Notes: generated by a model not told the origin, from the sequence alone. A stretch of 55,666 nt of DNA from Gemmatimonadota bacterium (GCA_039589375.1 JBDHHL010000002.1:1-55666), one strand, 5' to 3'. Counted from the first letter of the stretch, positions 39,310 to 49,199 are shown. Numbers and translations: made by a program.

Positions 39310-39744
39310 ATGAAGTCGCACACAGACTACAGAACGTTCAACACCAGGAAGCCTCAGGAGATCATCCACATTACACCGTGGGTGGAGGAGGAAGTGGCGA
39401 AGAGCGGTATCGAGGAGGGTCTCTGCCTGGTGAGCGCGATGCACATCACCGCGTCCGTGTTCGTCAACGACAACGAGTCAGGTCTTCACCAAGACATCCT
39501 GGACTGGCTGGAGGGAGACCTCGCGCCCTGGCACGGACACCCGGCTCGCGGCGACGACTACCTGCACAACCGAACAGGAGAAGACAACGGCGCGGCGCAC
39601 CTGCGCAACCTGACGGTTGGGCACGAGGTCACGATCCCCGTGACCAGGGGCAGGCTCGACCTCGGACCCTGGCAGCGCGTCTTCTACGGTGAGTGGGACG
39701 GCGGGAGGCCGAAGCGCGTCGTCTTGAAGATCATCGGCGAATGA
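39310..39744 (+). CDS. YjbQ/UPF0047 family protein (secondary thiamine-phosphate synthase-like)
   Basis: ITPWVEEEV...[26 protein letters not shown]...NGAAHLR...[21 protein letters not shown] 39310 has GAGG 5 nt upstream; the track start is a GTG two codons earlier. Confidence 0.85.
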   Translation: MKSHTDYRTFNTRKPQEIIHITPWVEEEVAKSGIEEGLCLVSAMHITASVFVNDNESGLHQDILDWLEGDLAPWHGHPARGDDYLHNRTGEDNGAAHLRNLTVGHEVTIPVTRGRLDLGPWQRVFYGEWDGGRPKRVVLKIIGE

Positions 39745-39818
39745 GAAGTGGAAAAGCGAGCTTCAACGCCGAAGTCGGTCTTTCCCAATCCTCTTGACCG
39801 TCCTACATTTACGCCGTC

Positions 39819-40061
39819 ATGATTAGAGATCGCATCAACGAGCGCACCGTTATGCTCCGGGACTGGCTTTATCCCGAGAGGATCAATCCCGGTCACCGCG
39901 TTCGCTGCCAGTTGCCCGGGTGCCACGCAGTACTCGGGCGGAGCGGTCATCATTTGCGCTTTCGATCTCTACGGCGTAGCGATGCAGCACTGCCGCCGGA
40001 ATGGGTGGGTTGGCACTGCAACCGCTGCGGTCACCTGAACGTCTACTGCCCGATCGGCTAG
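39819..40061 (+). CDS. Possible small Cys-rich (zinc-ribbon-like) protein
   Basis: 80 aa with CQLPGC ... CNRC ... C. Moderate third-position GC. No clear RBS. Confidence 0.3.
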   Translation: MIRDRINERTVMLRDWLYPERINPGHRVRCQLPGCHAVLGRSGHHLRFRSLRRSDAALPPEWVGWHCNRCGHLNVYCPIG

Positions 40062-40184
40062 CCCGGCCCCGGCCAGGGCGTTGATCCTCCAAGCACAGCA
40101 GACTCATCAGGGGCGGGCAGCGCAGGCCCGTCCACCTCGCGGCAGTTATCGATAGACCAGACGCCAACACAGAAGGCGATTTCT

Positions 40185-42335
40185 ATGCTCTCTGAATCGC
40201 TGAAAGGGCCGCTCAACCTGCGCCGGGCATTGCTGCTGTCGGCGGGCGTTCTACTGACTACCGGTACCGCGTTCGCTCAGGAGAAGCGGCCGATTCGAGC
40301 GAATGACCTCTACAGAATCCGCTCGGCCAGCGACGTCGTCTTCTCACCGGACGGCGAGCGTGTCGCCTATGTGGTTACTCAGATCGATTCCGCCGACAAC
40401 ACGTACTACGGCCACATATGGGTAGCGGACTCGCGGCAAGGAGATACGCGCCAGCACACGCGCGGCAAGGTCCGCGACCGTAGCCCGGCATGGTCTCCGT
40501 CCGGGTCGAGCATAGCCTTCGTATCCGATCGCGGAGGCAATGGCCCCCAGATCTACATCCTCCCAATCGACGGTGGTGAGGCATGGCCTCTCACCGATAT
40601 GAAGAACGGGGCCTTCGATCCCGTATGGTCGCCCGACGGCGACCATTTGCTCTTCACCTCCGAGTTGTCCACAAGGGAGTTAGAAGAAGGCGAGGGAGAG
40701 CAAGCTGGTAGCGTAGTATCCGGCGGGGCTGCGATCGCGACCGACACGGCGATGTGGGGCTCGATGGCAGCCATCCGGAATTGGTTGGCCAGAAACGCCG
40801 CCGCCGAAGAGCCGGCGGTCATTACTCGACTGGATTTCCTGGGTGAGCGACAACTGCTGCCGATCGAGACTTGGGCGCACATTTATCTGATAGGTCTCGA
40901 GGACAGAAAGCCGCGACGCCTCACCGACGGCAACTATGACTTCTACGATCCCGCTTTCTCGCCGGACGGTGACAGCATCGCCTTTGTCGCCCGCATCACC
41001 GAGGGGATACACCCGGACTACTCGCTGAAGAGCGACCTGTTTGTGATGGATCTGGCGTCGGGTGAGCGGCGGAGAATCGACATACCGGACTACGCCATCT
41101 CGGCACCCTCATGGTCGCCCGACGGGAGCAGCATCGCCTTCAGCGCTCGCGATACCGCCGACCGCTCCTCTGCCCATACGCAGGTCGGTCGCATCGGTAG
41201 CAGCGAGAGCGCCAGCGTGGCCGGAGTCACCTGGTTGACTAGCCCACTCGATCGTAGCGCCCGCCAGTTCCGCTGGGCTCCAGACGGACGATCTGTTTAC
41301 TTCACCGCCGGCGTTCACGGCACCGCCCCGATCTACCGGGCGAGATTGGACAACGGCGAGATACGCCAGGTCGTCTCCGGAGAGCGCGGCGTGCTCAGCT
41401 TCGACATCGCGGCCAAGACTCTGGCCTACGTGACTACCGAGCCGGCAAACCCGTCCGAGGTCTACGTGGCCGAAACCAGCGGTGACGACGAGAGGCGGCT
41501 GACCGACCTCAACACCGACTGGTTGGCGGCGGTGCACGTGCAGCGCTACGAAGGGTTCTACTACCGCAGCTTCGACGGCCGCCGCATTCAGGGCTGGCTC
41601 ATCAGGCCGGTGGGATACGATCCGGAATCGAAGTCCCCGCTGGCGCTCGAGATCCACGGAGGTCCGCATGCGATGTGGGGGCCAGGCGAGCCCACCATGT
41701 GGCACGAGTTCCAGCTCCTGTCAGCCAACGGCTATTTCGTGCTATTCACCAACCCTAGGGGAAGCGGTGGCTACGGCCACGACTTCAAGCACGTGATTCG
41801 GCGAGCTTGGGGTGATGGGCCGATGCGTGATGTGCTGACGGCGGTAGACACGGTGGTCCAGCGCGGTCTGGTGGATGAGGACCGCATGGTAGTCACTGGC
41901 GGCAGCTACGCCGGCTACCTCACCGCCTATCTCGTCGGCCATGACCACCGTTTCAAAGCGGCCGTGGCGCAGAGGGGCGTGTATGACCTCGCCACTTTCT
42001 TCGGCGAAGGCAACGCGTGGCGGCTGATACCGTGGGAGTTCGATGCCTATCCCTGGGAGGACCATGAGGTTCTGCGCCGGGAATCGCCTATCACCTACGC
42101 GCAGAACATTCAAACTCCCTTGCTGATCATGCATTCCGACCGCGACTTGCGCACGGGCGTATCGCAATCGGAGATGCTCTACCGCACGCTAAAGGTGCTG
42201 CAGAAACCGGTCGAATACATCCGCTATCCCCGCGAAGGCCACGACTTGTCGCGCAGCGGTGAGCCTTTGCTCAGAGTCGACCGGCTGCTGCGGATACTGG
42301 AGTTCTTCGACCGTTACATCGGTCTCGGAGAATAG
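40185..42335 (+). CDS. S9 family serine peptidase (TolB-like propeller + prolyl oligopeptidase-type alpha/beta hydrolase domain), secreted
   Basis: Signal LLLSAGVLLTTGTAFAQ. Propeller blades FSPDGERVAY / WSPSGSSIAF / WSPDGDHLLF. Catalytic GGSYAGYL, plus D and H regions (HSDRDLR, EGHDL). Confidence 0.9.
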   Translation: MLSESLKGPLNLRRALLLSAGVLLTTGTAFAQEKRPIRANDLYRIRSASDVVFSPDGERVAYVVTQIDSADNTYYGHIWVADSRQGDTRQHTRGKVRDRSPAWSPSGSSIAFVSDRGGNGPQIYILPIDGGEAWPLTDMKNGAFDPVWSPDGDHLLFTSELSTRELEEGEGEQAGSVVSGGAAIATDTAMWGSMAAIRNWLARNAAAEEPAVITRLDFLGERQLLPIETWAHIYLIGLEDRKPRRLTDGNYDFYDPAFSPDGDSIAFVARITEGIHPDYSLKSDLFVMDLASGERRRIDIPDYAISAPSWSPDGSSIAFSARDTADRSSAHTQVGRIGSSESASVAGVTWLTSPLDRSARQFRWAPDGRSVYFTAGVHGTAPIYRARLDNGEIRQVVSGERGVLSFDIAAKTLAYVTTEPANPSEVYVAETSGDDERRLTDLNTDWLAAVHVQRYEGFYYRSFDGRRIQGWLIRPVGYDPESKSPLALEIHGGPHAMWGPGEPTMWHEFQLLSANGYFVLFTNPRGSGGYGHDFKHVIRRAWGDGPMRDVLTAVDTVVQRGLVDEDRMVVTGGSYAGYLTAYLVGHDHRFKAAVAQRGVYDLATFFGEGNAWRLIPWEFDAYPWEDHEVLRRESPITYAQNIQTPLLIMHSDRDLRTGVSQSEMLYRTLKVLQKPVEYIRYPREGHDLSRSGEPLLRVDRLLRILEFFDRYIGLGE

Positions 42336-42336
42336 C

Positions 42337-42364
42337 GGCGCTTGAAGGCTGGGTTCAAGACGCC
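42337..42364. terminator. Hairpin between convergent genes (10-bp stem with one bulge, 7-nt loop)
   Basis: GGCGCTTGAA-ggctggg-TTCAAGACGCC, directly after the S9 peptidase stop and before the hisF-like stop. No T-run. Confidence 0.4.
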
Positions 42365-42405
42365 CGCGTTCGGGCAGCGTATCACCGCGCTGTCCCCATA
42401 GGGGA

Positions 42406-43101
42406 TCATGCGCAGGCGAGTCCGTGCTCGCCGAGATACTCTGCGATGAACTCTAGGGTCACCGCGCCCGAGTGAAGCAGCGAGCCCAGCAGCACGGCAT
42501 CGGCGTTGCCAATCATCAACGCATCCAGCAGATCCTCGACACCTCCAGGCGTACCGGCGGCGACCACGGGCCTGGTAACAGCCGAACTCACAGCGCCAAG
42601 CAAGTCGAGGTCGTAAGGGGTGCCCTGGGGATCGCCGCCGAGAGGTTCGACGATCAACTCGCCAGCGCCCTGCGCTTCCGCGACTTTGGCCCATGTGACA
42701 GGATCCCACTCCGTGGCCGCGCCGTGCGGACCTTCGTATACACGCCAGATTTCACCCTCGCGGCGCGCCGCTATGAAGACGGAAACCGACTCCGATCCGA
42801 GGTGACCGGTCAACGCGGCAATGAAATCAGGGTCGGCCAGCCCCATGGCCTGTACAGCAACCCGGGTGACGCCGGCAGTCAGGAACACCTCGGCCTGTGC
42901 TACGGTGGCCGGTTCTGTACCTATCGTGACGGGTAGTCGGACGGCAGGCGCCAATTCTCGAGCCAGGGGGATCAACATGTCGGGCGGTGAGGCGCGGCCA
43001 TCGATCAGTAGTTCCCTGGCCCCGGCTTCCGCATAGGCCACGGCCGCTTCCACCGGGTCGGCGCCCCGTTCCGTCTTCCGTGGCCCGACGCGCTCGACCA
43101 A
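42406..43101 (-). CDS. HisA/HisF-family (beta/alpha)8-barrel protein, divergent; the true start is probably upstream (CTG 43152)
   Basis: GADPVEAAVAYAEAGARELLI...ADPDFI...WAKVAEAQGAGELIV...VVAAGTPGGVEDL...ADAVLLGSLLHSG aligns by eye to the HisF layout. TTG 43101 is the first canonical start. Confidence 0.72.
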   Translation of the reverse strand: MVERVGPRKTERGADPVEAAVAYAEAGARELLIDGRASPPDMLIPLARELAPAVRLPVTIGTEPATVAQAEVFLTAGVTRVAVQAMGLADPDFIAALTGHLGSESVSVFIAARREGEIWRVYEGPHGAATEWDPVTWAKVAEAQGAGELIVEPLGGDPQGTPYDLDLLGAVSSAVTRPVVAAGTPGGVEDLLDALMIGNADAVLLGSLLHSGAVTLEFIAEYLGEHGLACA

Positions 43102-43157
43102 GCTTCCGGCCGCGTCTGTGGAGAGAACAGGTATGACCCTCTTGCTGATCAGTGGGG

Positions 43158-44018
43158 CTATTCCTCATCCACGGGTTCGGCAGCGAACGGGACGTTCTTC
43201 CGGATGCGGTGGCTGAACAACGTGATCTCGGTGAATCCTGCTTGCTGGAGCAGAGACTCACCCTCTTCCCAGCCTTGATCGAAGCTGGCGGGAACGTGAC
43301 TGTCCGTTCCGATGGTCATCGTCGCTACGTGGGCCTCCTTCGCCAACTTCAGAATTCCGAGACCGGGATACGGTTCGCCCGGGGCTTGAACGACTCCGGA
43401 CGTATTCACCTCGAGTCCCAGGCCCTTGCTCACCAACTTCTCGACGATGCTCCCGATTTGTGACTCGAACGGCTCAACGTCAAAAGGCCCGTAGTACTTC
43501 ACGCCGAAGCGCTTCACCAGGTCGATATGGGCCAGCACGTCGAAGTTCCCCCAGTCGAGCGCCTCTTCTACCGCCTCGAAATAGCCACCGTAGGCCTCCG
43601 ACGCTTCGCGATCCTTGAAGTAGTGGCCTACGGAGAATCCTCCGGAAACTTGCTCCCCACGCACGACATGGACCGCGCCGATGATGAGATCGAAGTCCAC
43701 AGAGTCGACAAGCGCATCGAGCGTCTCGACCCATTCCGGTCTGTATTCAAGTTCGCCGCCGAGCAGTATGCGAAGCTCGGGATACTCCGGCTGTAGCCGC
43801 TCGATCTCGTGTTGGAGCTGCTCGAATCGCTGGCGCGCTTCGACGAGATCGAGGATCCAGTCTCCCTTGTCGGCATCCAGCGTCTCGGCGTGGTTCGTGA
43901 AACAGATCTCCTCGAAGCCGAGGGCGACGGCAGTACGACAGACTTCCTCAGTGCCGCCACGTCCATCGGCCGAGTACTGGTTGTGTAAGTGGTAGTTGAC
44001 TCGCACGGTTCGCCTCAT
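43158..44018 (-). CDS. PHP-family phosphoesterase (histidinol-phosphatase HisJ/HisK-like)
   Basis: VNYHLHNQYSADG...ICFTNHAE...GGELEY...GAVHVV...LAHIDL...IGTDSH. The internal ATG at 44018 forms an ATGA overlap with the methyltransferase stop. Confidence 0.8.
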   Translation of the reverse strand: MRRTVRVNYHLHNQYSADGRGGTEEVCRTAVALGFEEICFTNHAETLDADKGDWILDLVEARQRFEQLQHEIERLQPEYPELRILLGGELEYRPEWVETLDALVDSVDFDLIIGAVHVVRGEQVSGGFSVGHYFKDREASEAYGGYFEAVEEALDWGNFDVLAHIDLVKRFGVKYYGPFDVEPFESQIGSIVEKLVSKGLGLEVNTSGVVQAPGEPYPGLGILKLAKEAHVATMTIGTDSHVPASFDQGWEEGESLLQQAGFTEITLFSHRIRKNVPFAAEPVDEE

Positions 44019-44656
44019 CTGACGACTGCGATCGCCATGCCGTCGCGGGTCGGTACGACGATCGATGTGAAACGCCCGCCGGCCAGCCGGCGATTGAACT
44101 CCCTGATCCCCAACACGTCCGGGTCCGTCGCATCGCTCTTCAGGACTCGTCCCTTTTGGAACGCGTTGTCGGCGACCACCAGGCCACCAGGCCGTACATT
44201 GGTGGCGCACCACTCCAAATAGAGCGGATAGCTCTGCTTATCCGCATCAATGAAGACAGCGTCGAACGGCCCTTCCTCCGCTATCTCAGGTAGGAGCTCA
44301 GCTGCGGCGCCTACCCGAACGTCCACGCGGTCCGCAAGGCCGGCCCGCTCGATGAACCGGCGCGCCAACTCCGCTCGACCCGGTTCTCGCTCCAAAGTGA
44401 TCAACAGGCCATCCTCCGGCAGAGCGCGAGCCATCCAGATGGCGCTGTATCCGCCCAGCGTCCCCAACTCCACGACCCTGAGAGCGCCGACGGCACGTAG
44501 CAGTACCTGGAGCAGTCTCCCTTCATCCGCGTCGATACTGATCTGCGGCAGGCCCGCATCGACGGCCTCTCGTCGCAGCCGGGCCAGCACGTCATCCTCA
44601 GGCGCGAAGAGATCCGCGACATAGCGAATACACGCTTCTCGATTTCGTTCATCCAT
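44015..44656 (-). CDS. Class I SAM-dependent O-methyltransferase (family 3, caffeoyl-CoA OMT-like)
   Basis: RVVELGTLGGYSAIWMA...FIDADKQSYPLYLEW...LRPGGLVVADN. Confidence 0.88.
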   Translation of the reverse strand: MDERNREACIRYVADLFAPEDDVLARLRREAVDAGLPQISIDADEGRLLQVLLRAVGALRVVELGTLGGYSAIWMARALPEDGLLITLEREPGRAELARRFIERAGLADRVDVRVGAAAELLPEIAEEGPFDAVFIDADKQSYPLYLEWCATNVRPGGLVVADNAFQKGRVLKSDATDPDVLGIREFNRRLAGGRFTSIVVPTRDGMAIAVVR

Positions 44657-44707
44657 AGCTGCTTGGGCCCACGCTCACCCGGGGGCCTAGCGCTCAGGCA
44701 AGCAGCG

Positions 44708-46105
44708 CTACCGGGCTCCCGATGCCGATCCGGCGTCTCCTGTCACCCGCCTGGCCGCCCGGACCCACACCCTGACTTTCGGTTGCGTTGCCACTCGCGG
44801 TCGCAAGGTTAAACCACGCAATCGCTCGCCCAACCTGTTCGGGTCCGAGGCGGCGAGATCTGCGACCGATTCGACGCCCACTCGCCAAAGCAGCTGCGCG
44901 TTGGCCGTGCCGATCCCACGGAGCGTCGATAGTCGAGCCGCAGCAACCCACTTCTCTGCGTCAGCGAGCGAAGACTCGGTCGCCTCGGCCACCGCTTGCG
45001 GTTCGGCCCGGGCAAGCGCGAAGACGTCACGGTAGCGGGTCGTGGCCAGGCGCTCCATAGTGGAGGACTCCACCACCCACAGCCCCTCAAGCTGCGGCCT
45101 GACCGAGTCGGTGTTCCAGCGGTCCATGCCGAACAGGGCAGCGAGCGAAAAGACAGCCGCAGCAGCCGCCGCCGCCATAGCGCGACGGGGCTGGACCCTC
45201 AGAGCGCCTGGCGAGCCGACATTCTCAGCAACAGCGACACGCACCATAACGAGCGACTGGTAGACCACGAAGCAGTCCAGCGCGAACACCGGAAAACCGA
45301 AAAAACCCAGAAGTGGCATCTCGAACAACTTGAAGTTCTCGAAGCCTGGAACGGTGTAGATCCATTTGCTCCGCGATTCGATGTTGTACAGCTCCCATAG
45401 GAAGCCAATCATCAGACCGCCGGCCAGGAAGCGGAGCAGTCGTCCCGGCCGTCCAGCCGACAGGTCACCTATGAGGCTGCGGCCAGGATCGCGCCGGTAG
45501 TTCAAAGGCTCGAGCAGCAGCGTCAGGGCACCCCAGATCATCGGGAAGAACAGCCGCGGCCACGCAAGGCTCAAGCCAGCGAAGACGATACCGGCGATGA
45601 AGATGCCGACAAGCAACCGACGGCTTGTATGAAACGTCGGCCAGCGAAGCATCTCGAACCTGTTGCCCACGGCCAGCAACCGCTCCGCAACGAAAATCGC
45701 GGGAAGGACCGTCATGAACGAAATCGTGGTCCCGAGCCAACGCAGCGGACGCTCCGGCGGCAGGAACACGTAGTACCAATTCGCGACTCTGATGTTGACG
45801 ACCTCGAAGAAGAACCAAAGAACAGCAGACCACCCAAGTAGCGAAAAGGCAAAGCGAGGGCGTGAAACGATGTAATAGCGGCCGCTGATAGTCGCCTGGA
45901 CCGCATCGAGTACTAGGATCGTCGGGTACCACGCGGAGACGTAGTACCAATTGATGAATGGCTCGACCTCCCTCAGCATCAACGCCGTGGCGGCGGCAAA
46001 GAAGGCCAAAGCAGGTACCGCGATCAACCACGGCCGCGGGCGCAGTTTGTCCGGTGGATCCCTATCCTGCTGGCCTTCCAGCCAACGTCCCTGCGTGGCG
46101 ATCAT
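44708..46105 (-). CDS. Polytopic membrane protein with a C-terminal helix-hairpin-helix (DUF4332-like) domain
   Basis: At least 8 hydrophobic segments. Two similar halves (FFFEVVNIRVANWYYVFLP / GFLWELYNIESRSKWIYTVPGF). C-terminus LRGIGTANAQLLWRVGVESVADLA. Confidence 0.65.
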   Translation of the reverse strand: MIATQGRWLEGQQDRDPPDKLRPRPWLIAVPALAFFAAATALMLREVEPFINWYYVSAWYPTILVLDAVQATISGRYYIVSRPRFAFSLLGWSAVLWFFFEVVNIRVANWYYVFLPPERPLRWLGTTISFMTVLPAIFVAERLLAVGNRFEMLRWPTFHTSRRLLVGIFIAGIVFAGLSLAWPRLFFPMIWGALTLLLEPLNYRRDPGRSLIGDLSAGRPGRLLRFLAGGLMIGFLWELYNIESRSKWIYTVPGFENFKLFEMPLLGFFGFPVFALDCFVVYQSLVMVRVAVAENVGSPGALRVQPRRAMAAAAAAAVFSLAALFGMDRWNTDSVRPQLEGLWVVESSTMERLATTRYRDVFALARAEPQAVAEATESSLADAEKWVAAARLSTLRGIGTANAQLLWRVGVESVADLAASDPNRLGERLRGLTLRPRVATQPKVRVWVRAARRVTGDAGSASGAR

Positions 46106-47898
46106 CGAGCCGGCGTCGGCCCGTCGAGCCGCTCGTGCAGGCCGGCAAGCTCGGGAGCTGCATAGGTCACGCGGCCGCCGACGATCGTGGCGAGGACGCG
46201 GACGTCCTTGATCTCTGCTGGATCGATGTTCACCAGGTTGCGATCGAGAATCGTAAAGTCGGCCATCTTGCTCACTCGCATACTGCCCTTTTCGTGTTCT
46301 TCACCAGCAGCAAATGCGTTGTTGATCGTGTAGGCCTGGATGGCCGTCTCAACGTCAATCCGCTCCTCGGGGAACCAACCTTCTTCCGGCTCTCCCTCCA
46401 GAGTCTGCCGCGTAACGGCAGCGTATATGCCCAGAAGCGGTTTTGCCGGGTACCACGCAGCGTTGGTGCCGGGCCAATCAGAGCCGAAGGACAAGACGGC
46501 TCCTCCTTCCATCAGCGACTTGAACGCATAGGCTCCCTTGCAGCGCTCGTGGCCGATTCGCTCCTCCATCCAACGCATGTCATCTATGGCGTGGTAGGGC
46601 TGCACTTCAGCCACGACCCCCAACTGGCCGAAGCGCTCGAAATCGTCTTCCTCCACCACCTGCGCATGGATCATCCGAAAGCGGCGTTCGCCGGGGCCAT
46701 TCCGCTCGATCGCCATTTCGAACCAATCGAGCAGAGTGTCCACTGCCAAGTCGCCGATGGCGTGGACTTGCGGAATCAGGCCTACGGAATCAGCGGCGCG
46801 TATGAGCTCGGCCATGCCGGGCGGCTCCAGCACCATGGTACGCCAGATACCCCTGTTATCGGGTTGGTGGTCGTACGGCTCCCGAAAGCGGGCGCCAGAG
46901 TTCCCCATAATGCCGTCGACGAAGCCCTTGAGCCCTCCGATCTTCAGATACTCGTCACCGTACCCGGAGCGGATGCCAATTGCCGCCAGGTGCGACCAGT
47001 TGTCGAGGGTCGGGCGAGTGTAGACACGAACGGTCAATTCGTTCCTATCCAGCAAATACTGAAACACCCGCATCTGATGCGACCGCGTGATATCGTGAAT
47101 GCCGGTCACACCGTTCTCGGCCAAGCGCTGCAAAGCCACCCTGGCCTCGAGCACCCTCTGCTCGAACGACTTTGGAGGTATGGCCCGCCTGACAATATCG
47201 ACCGCTGTGCCCGTGAGGATGCCGGTCGCCTCTCCCGTACCGGGGTCACGCTCGATAGTGCCGCCAGCTAGATCCGCCGTGTTACGCGTAATCCCGGCCC
47301 GCTCCAGAGCCACCGCGTTAGCCAGGTGCTCGCCGCGATCCCAGCGGCTGAGGAGCACAGGTGTCTCCGGCGTTAGGGGGTCGATCATGCTTCGATGTGG
47401 CTTGAAGCGCCCCCCACCGGCTGCTTCCTCCTCCCGGCCGGTTGAGCCCATGGCCCACTCCTCGTACGCGCCCCAGTCTCCTCCCAGAATCCAGGCGCCC
47501 TCCGGTAGCCGGTCGCGGGCTCCCTCGACTCGCTCCGCTAGTGTCGCCGCGTCGGAGACATCGAGGAGGTTGATACCGAGCAGGAGCTGAGCAGCGTAGT
47601 CGAAATGCGTGTGGTTATCGATGAACCCAGGGACGACGAAAGCGCCGCCCAGGTCGATCATCGCCGTGCCGGCCCCACGATAATCGGCTAGCTCGTCCCG
47701 ACTACCGACCGCCAGAATCCGGCCGGCGCGTATGGCCACACCTTCGGCCAGCGGATGTTCAGGCTCCACGGTATAGAAGTCGCCGCCGACGAGTATCATG
47801 TCCGCCGTGGCGCGCGTCGTCCCCGAGCGGCAGGTCGCCTGTACACCGATCAGCACCGCAGCTACGGCAACGGCCATTAGCAACATGGAGTTACGCAT
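46102..47898 (-). CDS. Amidohydrolase-3 family metal-dependent hydrolase (YtcJ-like), secreted
   Basis: VVPGFIDNHTHF...QVHAIGD...GSDWP. ATG 47896-47898 (MRNSMLLMAVAVAAVLIG) is preceded by AGGAAG. ATGA overlap with the downstream gene. Confidence 0.85.
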   Translation of the reverse strand: MRNSMLLMAVAVAAVLIGVQATCRSGTTRATADMILVGGDFYTVEPEHPLAEGVAIRAGRILAVGSRDELADYRGAGTAMIDLGGAFVVPGFIDNHTHFDYAAQLLLGINLLDVSDAATLAERVEGARDRLPEGAWILGGDWGAYEEWAMGSTGREEEAAGGGRFKPHRSMIDPLTPETPVLLSRWDRGEHLANAVALERAGITRNTADLAGGTIERDPGTGEATGILTGTAVDIVRRAIPPKSFEQRVLEARVALQRLAENGVTGIHDITRSHQMRVFQYLLDRNELTVRVYTRPTLDNWSHLAAIGIRSGYGDEYLKIGGLKGFVDGIMGNSGARFREPYDHQPDNRGIWRTMVLEPPGMAELIRAADSVGLIPQVHAIGDLAVDTLLDWFEMAIERNGPGERRFRMIHAQVVEEDDFERFGQLGVVAEVQPYHAIDDMRWMEERIGHERCKGAYAFKSLMEGGAVLSFGSDWPGTNAAWYPAKPLLGIYAAVTRQTLEGEPEEGWFPEERIDVETAIQAYTINNAFAAGEEHEKGSMRVSKMADFTILDRNLVNIDPAEIKDVRVLATIVGGRVTYAAPELAGLHERLDGPTPAR

Positions 47899-47981
47899 GG
47901 GCAGCTTCCTGCGAAGGGTTGTAGGCACGGTTATCGGCAGATAATGTAGGCTCAAATTAGACTCTCAAAAGGGGAAGCACC

Positions 47982-49199
47982 ATGAGACGAAGGACGTTCT
48001 TGAGATGGGCCGGCGCTGTTGGCACAGCCACAATGCTGCCCGGAACGCGACTGCGAGCAGCAGCCGCAGGCTCGATCGAGCAACCTCGTGGTGACCAAGG
48101 GATCGATCCGCTTCCGGACTCCGTGTACCGGGATCGGACCAACAGAGCTCTGGATTTGATGTCCGACCACGGACTCACGGCTCTGTTCAGCGAGCCTGCC
48201 ACAAACTTCTCGTACCTGCAGGGGGCCAGCTTCGGCCGCAGCGAACGGTTGTTGGCACTGGTAGTCCGCAAGCACGGTGGGCCCCTCATCGTCGCCCCGA
48301 GTTTCGAGGTCGAGCGCGTCGAGCAAGCGATCGGGTCGCGCGCCAAAGTAGCGGGCTGGCAGGAACACGAAAGCCCGCACGACCTGGTGGCCAGTATCCT
48401 AGCTCCGGCGGGTCCTGGCCGCATCGGGATCGAGCCGAGCACACGCTACGGAGTTGCGCGTCGACTGCAGGATGCAATGCCGGACTGGGAGTTCGTGGAC
48501 GCTACAGACCTGTTCACGCATTTGCGAATCATCAAGTCCGAAGCGGAACTCGCCCTGATTCGCCGGGCCGTATCCATCACCGAAATCTCCATCGCCGCGA
48601 CGTTCGCCAGCCTCGAGGCCGGCGTCTCCGAGCGAGAGGTGGCCAGATACCTGAGCGAGCAGATGAGCGGGCACGGTGCTCGAGGCGGGGGCCTCGTCCA
48701 GTTCGGCCCCAACAGCGCGCTGCCGCACGGCGGTCCCGGTAGCGTTCGCCTGGAGCACGGGATGCCGGTCCTTATCGACGGCGGATGCCGCGTACACGGC
48801 TACACGTCGGACATCACGCGAATGCGTTTCTTCGGCGACGAACCCTCACCCCAGCATCGTGAGGTCTTCAACACCGTGTTATCGGCCCAGAGCGCGGCAT
48901 ACGAAGCAGGACGTCCGGGCATGGAGTTCCAGGACCTCGATCGGATCGGGCGCACCGTCATCGATTCGGCGGGCTACGGCGAGTACTTCACCCACCGATT
49001 GGGCCACGGTATGGGAATGGACGGTCACGAACCGCCGTACCTAGTGAAGGGCAACCGTCGAAGGCTGGAACCCGGAATGGTGTTCACGATCGAGCCCGGG
49101 ATCTACTTGCCGGGTCGGTGGGGCGTTCGCATCGAAGACGATTTCGTTGTTCGGGAAGGCGGGCTGGAGCCCCTCAGCACACGCGTCTCCCATATGTGA
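47982..49199 (+). CDS. M24 family Xaa-Pro aminopeptidase/creatinase-like peptidase, Tat signal
   Basis: MRRRTFLRWAGAVG Tat motif. DGGCRVHGYTSDITR...HRLGHGMGMDGHEPP...EPGIY...IRIEDD. Confidence 0.9.
   Translation: MRRRTFLRWAGAVGTATMLPGTRLRAAAAGSIEQPRGDQGIDPLPDSVYRDRTNRALDLMSDHGLTALFSEPATNFSYLQGASFGRSERLLALVVRKHGGPLIVAPSFEVERVEQAIGSRAKVAGWQEHESPHDLVASILAPAGPGRIGIEPSTRYGVARRLQDAMPDWEFVDATDLFTHLRIIKSEAELALIRRAVSITEISIAATFASLEAGVSEREVARYLSEQMSGHGARGGGLVQFGPNSALPHGGPGSVRLEHGMPVLIDGGCRVHGYTSDITRMRFFGDEPSPQHREVFNTVLSAQSAAYEAGRPGMEFQDLDRIGRTVIDSAGYGEYFTHRLGHGMGMDGHEPPYLVKGNRRRLEPGMVFTIEPGIYLPGRWGVRIEDDFVVREGGLEPLSTRVSHM

Noticed and set aside
45958-47271. Very long antisense ORFs: this 437-aa one, plus 12036..13034 (+), 17400..18329 (-), 6362..7171 (+), 50876..51643 (-), 35005..35658 (-) and others.
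   Set aside because: Each lies opposite a gene with clear family motifs, has Arg/Pro/Gly/Ala-rich low-information sequence and has no RBS. They are typical stop-codon-poor shadow ORFs of GC-rich DNA.
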